Virus record (IMG/VR): IMGVR_UViG_3300036817_000176
Coordinates: 1-64,000 of that record
From: a virus
Length of the DNA stretch: 64,000 nt
Direction: 5' to 3' (one strand)
The notes under the pieces are model-generated. The model was not told where the DNA came from. It saw only the letters and a program-made list of their open reading frames with translations, and ran no database searches. This document shows, piece by piece, positions 57,268-64,000 of the stretch. The position numbers and the translations under genes are program-made. Each line of letters begins with the position of its first letter. Positions within the stretch are counted from its first letter, which is position 1.

Positions 57268-57870
57268 ATGTCAGAGTTTGACTGGACTGCCCCGAATGCA
57301 AGGAATTTTAAGCTGTGCTTTGCCGCTGGGTCAGGTATGGATACGGCGCTGGAAATTGGCGCCGGGGAAGGGCATAACACGGCCATGCTGGCGGGCCGGT
57401 TCGGCTCGGTTATGGTGGTGGACTCGCAGGTAAGCCCGGCGCTTCACCAGGTGGCGACAGCGCACCGCAATATCACTCTGTTGAAGGGTCTGCTGGTGGA
57501 GCGTATCGCGGCCTGTTCCCGCTCCCTGCTGTTTGACTTCATCTACGTGAACGGCGCCAGTATCGCCCAGGACGTGCTGTTGGATCTGACGCTGGCATGG
57601 AGCCGCCTGAAGCCGGGCGGGGTGATGCTGATTGACGATTACGATCGCCAGAATGACGCCAGCACACGTCTGGACCCGCTCATGCTGGCCGCCTTAACGC
57701 AGGAGCGGCGCTGGGATCTGTTTTCACCCCGGGCAGCGGTAGACAGCTTTATCCGGGTCAACGCGGAAGCTGAACCGCTGTTCATCGGCTATCAGGTTGT
57801 ACTACGCCGCCGGTTCGATATCCGCACTCACCTCACCCCCGTGGAGCCTTCTGTCAGCCTGCAGGAGTAA
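57268..57870 (+). CDS. class I SAM-dependent methyltransferase (Methyltransf_24-like)
   Basis: LEIGAGEG, FDFIYVNG and LKPGGVMLIDDY motifs. Confidence 0.8.
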   Translation: MSEFDWTAPNARNFKLCFAAGSGMDTALEIGAGEGHNTAMLAGRFGSVMVVDSQVSPALHQVATAHRNITLLKGLLVERIAACSRSLLFDFIYVNGASIAQDVLLDLTLAWSRLKPGGVMLIDDYDRQNDASTRLDPLMLAALTQERRWDLFSPRAAVDSFIRVNAEAEPLFIGYQVVLRRRFDIRTHLTPVEPSVSLQE

Positions 57871-57992
57871 CCGGATTTTCATCCAATAGAGCCAATCCGC
57901 AAAAACAGGGCCGGGACGGTTACAATATTAACATCCTAACCCCGTATCAGATTGCTGATAGTGGAGGTCAGGTGTTAACGACGGGAGGGAGT

Positions 57993-58304
57993 ATGGCCTT
58001 TGAGATCTGGCTGGTGGTGCTGGTTTCAGTGCTGGCGCTGCTGGGCGGTATTGTCTCGTATCTGAAGGGGCGACTATCCAGGCGGCTTAGCGGCAGCGGG
58101 ATGGAGCTTGCGGTAGAGCTGATTACCGCCGCCCTGGCAGGCTGGAGCATGTATTTCCTCGGGGTATGGCAACGCTGGCCAGAGCCGCTGGTGTGCCTGA
58201 TGGTGATCGCCTCCACCCATAACGGGGCGGCGGTGATCGGCCTGCTGGCAGCGAGTCTGGTCCGCTTTTTGAAATCGGCTGGCCAGCCTACGGAGGAGGG
58301 ATAA
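57993..58304 (+). CDS. LydA/LydC-like holin
   Basis: LALLGGIVSYL plus hydrophobic segments; upstream of hdf as in P1. Confidence 0.7.
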   Translation: MAFEIWLVVLVSVLALLGGIVSYLKGRLSRRLSGSGMELAVELITAALAGWSMYFLGVWQRWPEPLVCLMVIASTHNGAAVIGLLAASLVRFLKSAGQPTEEG

Positions 58305-58527
58305 ATGGAAGGATTGCTCTTGTCGCTGCAGGTGGCGGCAACGGTACTGACGGCCGGGGTGAGTGACCGGTATTTCAGTCTGCGGGGCCGTGTCTCTCAC
58401 ACGGCCCCGGAGCACGCCTTTTTGCCCGGTTCGCGTCCTCACTACCTGATTTTCCTCCCGGTCCGTGCGATCGGCCTGCGTTTCTTCTTCCCGCTCACCG
58501 CCACCCACACCCGAAGGTAACCCATTC

Positions 58528-59163
58528 ATGACGCAAAAAGACGAACGTTACAGTCAGAACAAGGCTGAGTATTTCACCCTCGACTTTGACAACGTGACCG
58601 AAAAAGGCCTCAAGAAGCTGATCACCAGCTTCAAAAAAGCCGGACAGACTGTCGCTGCAGTGGAAGCAACGAACCGCACGATCACTAAAGACCGCATGGC
58701 AACCAAAAAGGCGCTGCTGCGCTTTGAGGGTGGCCAGTCCATCACTATCACTCTGGGCGATCACGGTGACGTTATCGAAACCAAACTGAACGCCACCATT
58801 GTGCCGGTGCAGGCGCTGAAAACCATGGACGCCTACGCCAAAGAGGTGGCGGCGAAAGTGGTGGCCAACCAGTCCCGCTGGGATAACAGCCTCGCGCGTA
58901 AAGCCATCAAGAAGGTGGACACCGACGCCTCGAAGAAAAAGCCCGCCGGTAGGACCATTCAGGCCCGCATGATCGAGGCCAAAAACGCCAACGCCAGCGC
59001 CCGCACCAACGTGGCCACCCTGACCACACGGATCCACGAGCTGCAGACCTCCAGCGCCAGCCGCACCAGCGAACTGGACGGCCTGCGCAAAAAGCTCGAG
59101 CTGGAGCGCACCACCACCAACGAACTCATTCAGCAAATCGAAGCCCTGGGAGGCGAAGCATGA
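58528..59163 (+). CDS. hdf: Hdf (DarA N-terminal homolog)
   Basis: LDFDNVTEKGLKKL..TNRTITKD..GDV..KLN matches recalled P1 Hdf. Confidence 0.85.
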   Translation: MTQKDERYSQNKAEYFTLDFDNVTEKGLKKLITSFKKAGQTVAAVEATNRTITKDRMATKKALLRFEGGQSITITLGDHGDVIETKLNATIVPVQALKTMDAYAKEVAAKVVANQSRWDNSLARKAIKKVDTDASKKKPAGRTIQARMIEAKNANASARTNVATLTTRIHELQTSSASRTSELDGLRKKLELERTTTNELIQQIEALGGEA

Positions 59164-61706
59164 TTTACGCACGACACAACGGCGTGCGGGTGGCCAACGT
59201 GATTGACCACACCGCCAAACGACTGACACGCGAGCAGTACCTCGACGCGCTCGGCATCGACACCATGATGCTGGAACCGACGACGCTCGAGGAGATCATC
59301 GCCACGCACCTGTTTGATCTGCCGGGGCAGGGTGAAACCGCCTTCACCGATGCGATCGTGACCACGCGCAACCGCATTGACCGCACCATGATGGGCTTCA
59401 TCCGTGCGCTGAACGGCTCCCTGACGGGTACCGACATTGCCGCCAGCGATGCCCTGATTGGCGACCCACGCCGTTCCGGTGACATCGCCGTGATTGCCGC
59501 GGAAATCCCGCTGTCCGATGGCCAGTCGATTTTTGTGATTTTCCATAGCCCGAGCAACGACCCGAGCAAAATCACCGGTACCGACACGCTGGTGGCTTTC
59601 CGCTTCCTGCTGAACAAGCGCGACGTGACCCACGTTGTTGCCCCGAACAAGGGCCGCGACATTTCGCTCAAGCAAACCACCCTGTCACTGTCGAATCTCG
59701 TGGAACGCAACAGCGCCAAATTTGCCAGCAAACAGGCCGACAACAAGGCGAAGGCCGAAGAACTGGCCGCGCTGGAAGCGGACACCGAGCAGCAGATGAA
59801 AGAGGCCGACCAGCTCACTGAGCAGGCCGACACCCTGGCTAACTCGCGTAATGCGACCGATGCCGAAGTGGGTAAAGTGGCATCACAACTGAATCGCCAG
59901 GTAGAGCGCAACGACGAGCTACGCAAAACGCTGGCCGGGCTACAGGCGAAGAAAGAGGCATCAAAGCCAGCCCCGATCCCGGTACCAAAACCTGAGCCAG
60001 TACCGACCCCGGAACCAACGCCAGAACCTGAACCGGCACCTGAGCCAACACCGACCGGCAAGCACGCCGAGAAGCTGGGCATGATCACCCCTGACACCCT
60101 CCCGGGCACCGGCAGCACGCTCGGCCAGTTCACCGTTGTGAAGGCCAGCGCCCGCGTGATTGACGTGAACGGCGCCAAAGGGAATGAACGTTACACCTGG
60201 GATGGCACCGGCTATAAGCGCCGTGATATGTACCTGATGGCTGACGGCAGCACCCTCGATGCGTTAAAGGCGCGGGGAAAAATCCGCGCAGCGGAAAACA
60301 CGCCGGAAGACGGCCTGCGCTACGTTAAGCAGCAGCTGATGATCAATGGTACCCACACTCTGACGAACGGCGCGGTGATTGCCTACCGCACGGTGGACGT
60401 GAACGGCGAGCTGGTGGGCCAGGTCACCATTACCGAGCAGAACGGCGACCTGTACCGCATTGATTCGGCCAGTTCCCAGGGTGGCGCCATGGGTGATGCT
60501 GCAGGCAAGCTCTATACCGCGTACCGTGACGACAAAGCGGATCGTTACTGGGTCGAAGTGGAGTCGGACGAGGACCGAGAAGCCCGTGAAAAGGCCGAGC
60601 TGATTGCCCTGCAGAGGACCGCCCTGAAACCGTTTGAGGGGAGCTACGGCAAGGGCTGGAAAGGGACCCCGGACGAGATTGGTGATGACAGACCGGTTAT
60701 TTTCATTTCAACGCCGCCCCTCCCGGGCGAAGACGAGCACGACGGTTATATCGTCGTGGCCAACGTGAGTGATGACAACAAGCTGACCGGCACATTCCGC
60801 GTGATTTACGGCAGTGACGGCGGCCCGATCACCGGCGGTACCGAGGTGACCAGCAAGGATGAAGCCAAAGAGGTGGCCTACCGGGAATACCAGCGCGAGC
60901 TCGAGGAAAAGCTCGAGCGCAACACCCCGAATCCGACGCCTGAGCCAGTTCCCGAGCCAGCCCCGGAAGCGGCGCTTTACTGGTACGGCCTGCGCATTCG
61001 TCCGTTCTCCCCGTCAAACCAGCCAGAAGGTCACACCGCCTATATCGCCCCGGAAGATGTGGCGACCGATCCGCGCGTATCCGGGCTTATCCGCGATCGC
61101 AACGAGCGCGACATGCGTTACGGGCTGGTGGGCTACGCCGAGCCGCTGACCGCTGAAGCGGTTGATCACTACAACCTCACCGATATGTCCGCCACGTCAT
61201 GGAATGAGCGCACCCGTGCCGAGTCGCTGGCCCGCGTGGATGAGCTGGTGGAGCAGATGGTGCAGGGCGATGAATCGCCGGAGGCTATCTGGGATCTGCT
61301 GTTCAAACCGAATGGCGACCTGATCAAGAACAACCCGTTCTTTGCGGATGGAAAATACCAGACCAACCAACTCACAACCGCACTGCAGGAGGCCGGTTAT
61401 TCCGGCAGCGTGAAAGCCATGGTTAACGCCCTTATCGACAAAGCCACCAGCAAGAACAAGCCCGAACCGGCCCCGGAGCCTGAACCAACCCCGGGCAACC
61501 AGTGGGATGAAACTGACCCGGCAATTCTGGCGATCCTCGAGCAGCTGGAGGCACTGCGCACCGGCGAAACGGATTACAACACCTACCTGGAGAAGATGGG
61601 CGGCCTGATTGAGCAGCTGGAAAAAGCGGGCGCGGTCGAGAAGCACGAGCCGTATCTGCATACCGTTGCCGATCGCCTGACTGAACTGATGGAGGAGGCT
61701 GTCTGA
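59160..61706 (+). CDS. darA: defence-against-restriction protein DarA (extended)
   Basis: IPLSDGQSI..FHSP..LVAFRFLLNKRDVTHVVAP; DarA_C-like YGLRIRPFSP. Confidence 0.9.
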   Translation: MIYARHNGVRVANVIDHTAKRLTREQYLDALGIDTMMLEPTTLEEIIATHLFDLPGQGETAFTDAIVTTRNRIDRTMMGFIRALNGSLTGTDIAASDALIGDPRRSGDIAVIAAEIPLSDGQSIFVIFHSPSNDPSKITGTDTLVAFRFLLNKRDVTHVVAPNKGRDISLKQTTLSLSNLVERNSAKFASKQADNKAKAEELAALEADTEQQMKEADQLTEQADTLANSRNATDAEVGKVASQLNRQVERNDELRKTLAGLQAKKEASKPAPIPVPKPEPVPTPEPTPEPEPAPEPTPTGKHAEKLGMITPDTLPGTGSTLGQFTVVKASARVIDVNGAKGNERYTWDGTGYKRRDMYLMADGSTLDALKARGKIRAAENTPEDGLRYVKQQLMINGTHTLTNGAVIAYRTVDVNGELVGQVTITEQNGDLYRIDSASSQGGAMGDAAGKLYTAYRDDKADRYWVEVESDEDREAREKAELIALQRTALKPFEGSYGKGWKGTPDEIGDDRPVIFISTPPLPGEDEHDGYIVVANVSDDNKLTGTFRVIYGSDGGPITGGTEVTSKDEAKEVAYREYQRELEEKLERNTPNPTPEPVPEPAPEAALYWYGLRIRPFSPSNQPEGHTAYIAPEDVATDPRVSGLIRDRNERDMRYGLVGYAEPLTAEAVDHYNLTDMSATSWNERTRAESLARVDELVEQMVQGDESPEAIWDLLFKPNGDLIKNNPFFADGKYQTNQLTTALQEAGYSGSVKAMVNALIDKATSKNKPEPAPEPEPTPGNQWDETDPAILAILEQLEALRTGETDYNTYLEKMGGLIEQLEKAGAVEKHEPYLHTVADRLTELMEEAV

Positions 61707-62821
61707 TGGCACTAAGCATTCTGGAAAAAATCGCGCTGCAGAAACAGGCTGCAGGGCTGAAAGGGGAGCTCAAGAGCGGCACGCTGTCGATCATGGAAAA
61801 GCTCGGCAGGCAACGTGAGCTGGCCGTGATCATGGCTACCCTGAAAGGGGACGCGAAGCCCGCGCCGGTTCCGACCCCGGAACCCACGCCTGAACCTGGC
61901 GCCGGTGACGAGGAGGGGACCGATGAAGAGGCCGAGACAGAAGCCTCCCGCTCGGTGCAGGGCTTCGAGCTGGCAGGGGTCACCCATCCGGCATGGACCA
62001 AACCGTTCGCCAACAAGGCGGGGCTGTACGGCGGTGACGTGGTGGTGTCTAACGAGGGCCTGAACATCGCGATCATTCTGGTGCTGTCCGGTGGTAAAAG
62101 CCTGAGCCGCGACGATCTGAAGATCGCGTGGCCTGACTACATTGCAGGCACAAGCAAGGTCGAAGATTACCTCTCGATGCCAGCCCAGCGCGCGTGGGAT
62201 GGCGTTTACAGCCCGTTCCCGCCCAAGATGCGTAAGAAGGTCCGCCGTCTGGTGGAGCAGGGCCTGAAGGTGGCGGAGCGGGCCTTCTCTGAGGGGATCG
62301 GCGAGTACCGCCTGACCCTCAAACCCGGTGCTTCGGTGGAAATTACCCTCGGCAATGAGTCGGCCTCCGACTGGACCGTGGGGGCCGCGGCCGCGCGTCT
62401 GAAGCTGGCAAACCAGGGGCTGGAAGTGGTGGCGGGGATGCTGACCCAGGGTGACGCCCGCGCCGCCCGCGCCAAGCTGCTCGAGGAGCTGGCCAAGCTG
62501 GATCATAATGCCAACGATCTGACCAGCGAGGAGCGCACGAAAGCCATCGAGGAGCTGCGCGCGTTGATGACCCATCCGGACATCGGCATCACCGCTGATA
62601 CCATCAAGGATGCGCTCGACAAGCTGGTGGCCCTGCAGCCTGAAGCCGAACCGGAAACCACACTGTCAGAACGCTTTATGCGCGGTGACTTCAACACCGA
62701 CGCGCCCGAATTGTTCCGCACGCGCATTCTGGCGGTTGCTGACGAGGGTCTGGTGCTCGATGACGTTAAAACCGGTGTGAACCGCTGGATCGAGGCGAAC
62801 CCGGAGCTAATCGCCGCGTAA
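61706..62821 (+). CDS. ddrA: DdrA-like protein with large central insertion
   Basis: Termini MALSILE.. and LDDVKTGVNRWIEAN resemble recalled P1 DdrA; lies between darA and ddrB. Confidence 0.65.
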   Translation: MALSILEKIALQKQAAGLKGELKSGTLSIMEKLGRQRELAVIMATLKGDAKPAPVPTPEPTPEPGAGDEEGTDEEAETEASRSVQGFELAGVTHPAWTKPFANKAGLYGGDVVVSNEGLNIAIILVLSGGKSLSRDDLKIAWPDYIAGTSKVEDYLSMPAQRAWDGVYSPFPPKMRKKVRRLVEQGLKVAERAFSEGIGEYRLTLKPGASVEITLGNESASDWTVGAAAARLKLANQGLEVVAGMLTQGDARAARAKLLEELAKLDHNANDLTSEERTKAIEELRALMTHPDIGITADTIKDALDKLVALQPEAEPETTLSERFMRGDFNTDAPELFRTRILAVADEGLVLDDVKTGVNRWIEANPELIAA

Positions 62822-62876
62822 ACCATCCTGGCGCGGGTGCCCACCCTTTCCCGCCGACGCCCCTTAAAGGGCTCAT

Positions 62877-64000
62877 ATGCAGTACAACATTCAAAAGGCC
62901 GTCCAGAGCATTCTGGGGGCGACCTCGCCCGTTGCGCTGGTGAAGGTCTTCGACGAGATCACCGCCGTACCCGTGGCCGCCGCCGCACTGCCTGAATCCG
63001 TGCCACCGGATGAGCTGGACCACGGGCGCGTCAGCTACGTGGCCACCGTCAAAGGCGCGTCAGTTCGCACGGCGTTTAAGCTGGTGGAGGCCAACGCCCT
63101 GATCCCGTCAAACGGGCTGGACGGCAAGCTGAACGGCGCCTATCCGCAGGAGCTGCAGCCGCGCGACCGCACCCGTGTATCGAGCGTAATGCAGATAACC
63201 AAACTTTCCCGATCGCTGCAGCCTGCCCGCCTGACGGATTCAGGCTTGTCCAGCCACGGCGCGCCGATCATCGGCCCGGACCGCGTGGTGGAGTCGGGGA
63301 ACGGCCGCACGATGGCCATCATCAAAGCCTACGTGGAGGGCAACGCCGGTGAATACCGGCAGTACCTGGAAGACAACGCCGAGCTCTACGGCTTTACCAC
63401 CGCGCAGGTTAAATCCTTCAGCTCACCGGTCCTGGTGCGCGTGCGCCTCGATGAGGTGGATCGCGTCCAGTTCACCAAAGACAGCAACGTTTCTGACATG
63501 CAGGCCATGAGCCCCACAGAACAGGCCAGAATCGACGCAGAGGCTATGGACGATGGGGTTATGTCCCTTTTTGCTCCCGGCTCGTCTGGGGACCTTCTGG
63601 CTGCGTCTAATCGCCCCTTTGTTTCGGCGTTTATGGCGAAGCTGACCGGTGAGCAGGCGGCCGGGCTCTTAACCGCCGACGGGCGCCCGACCCGGCAGGT
63701 TATCGATCGTATCCGTGGCGCCATGTTTGCCCGGGCCTACCAGAACGACAACCTGCTGCAGCTGGCCATCGAGGAACCGGACCCGGAGATCCGCAACGTC
63801 CTGACCGCGCTGACCACCGCCGCGCCCCAGTTCGTGCAGATGCGCGCGCTGTCCGGAGAGGCCCACAAGCAGACCACCGACGCCCTGGTTGAAAGCGTGG
63901 ACATGAACCGCACGCTGGATGAAGAGGCCCTGTCGGCGCTGGTGGAGGCCACCACGATCGTGCGTGAGGCCCGCAACAATGGCCAGACGGTACCGGAGTA
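62877..64000 (+). CDS. ddrB: DdrB (ddrB-like ParB domain), 3' end outside the window; not in the ORF track
   Basis: YPQELQPRDRTR, HGAPIIG and VVESGNGRT; the frame is open to the window end. Confidence 0.9.
   Translation, partial: MQYNIQKAVQSILGATSPVALVKVFDEITAVPVAAAALPESVPPDELDHGRVSYVATVKGASVRTAFKLVEANALIPSNGLDGKLNGAYPQELQPRDRTRVSSVMQITKLSRSLQPARLTDSGLSSHGAPIIGPDRVVESGNGRTMAIIKAYVEGNAGEYRQYLEDNAELYGFTTAQVKSFSSPVLVRVRLDEVDRVQFTKDSNVSDMQAMSPTEQARIDAEAMDDGVMSLFAPGSSGDLLAASNRPFVSAFMAKLTGEQAAGLLTADGRPTRQVIDRIRGAMFARAYQNDNLLQLAIEEPDPEIRNVLTALTTAAPQFVQMRALSGEAHKQTTDALVESVDMNRTLDEEALSALVEATTIVREARNNGQTVPE

Larger units (their letters stand above)
1..64000. mobile_element. P1-like phage-plasmid (temperate myovirus), partial genome
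   Basis: P1-type pacAB, c1, cre/lox, head, tail and dar genes occur in P1-like order together with plasmid maintenance functions (ParMR, TA systems, ColE1-type origin); no host housekeeping genes are seen. Confidence 0.95.

Noticed and set aside
58305-58520. lydB-like antiholin gene
   Set aside because: The position fits and there is an RBS, but the 71-aa product shows no recognisable similarity, so it is left uncalled.
20473-62575. Long antisense ORFs opposite pacB, cre, capsid, sheath, darA and ddrA
   Set aside because: These are typical shadow ORFs of high-GC coding sequence.
1-64000. tRNA, rRNA, IS elements, CRISPR arrays, reverse transcriptase/DGR
   Set aside because: None recognised by eye; tRNAscan-SE, ISEScan and CRISPR finders would be needed to exclude them formally.

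Overview
This window is about 64 kb of a P1-related temperate myovirus that lives as a plasmid (phage-plasmid), roughly 60% GC, probably from an Enterobacterales host (LexA box, GATC-type pac site). Family assignments rest on motifs, synteny and recalled P1 protein sequences; no database search was run. Recognisable P1-type modules: pacA/pacB with an embedded TGATCA pac array, a C1-like repressor, Cre with a 34-bp lox-type site, the baseplate/tail genes 26-25-7-24-6-5, capsid 23, sheath 22, 21, pmgG, bplB, pmgC, tub, pmgB, sit, pmgA, bplA, 16, R, S, a fibre chaperone, a holin, and the hdf-darA-ddrA-ddrB anti-restriction operon. The P1 parAB-repA block, the repL/immI block, lpa and cin are absent from their syntenic positions. 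The window instead carries a complete, covarying ColE1-type RNA I/RNA II replicon (3160-3800) and a ParM/ParR partition pair. Other notable elements: a split, catalytically degenerate second copy of the terminase (1229-2508); an unannotated DinQ-like type I toxin with its antitoxin sRNA (16188-16595); a nested alternative-frame gene in the C5 methyltransferase; a probable +1 frameshift in the tail chaperone; a 9-bp ACATCCTAA motif at ten sites; and two candidate sRNAs at 28836-29195.
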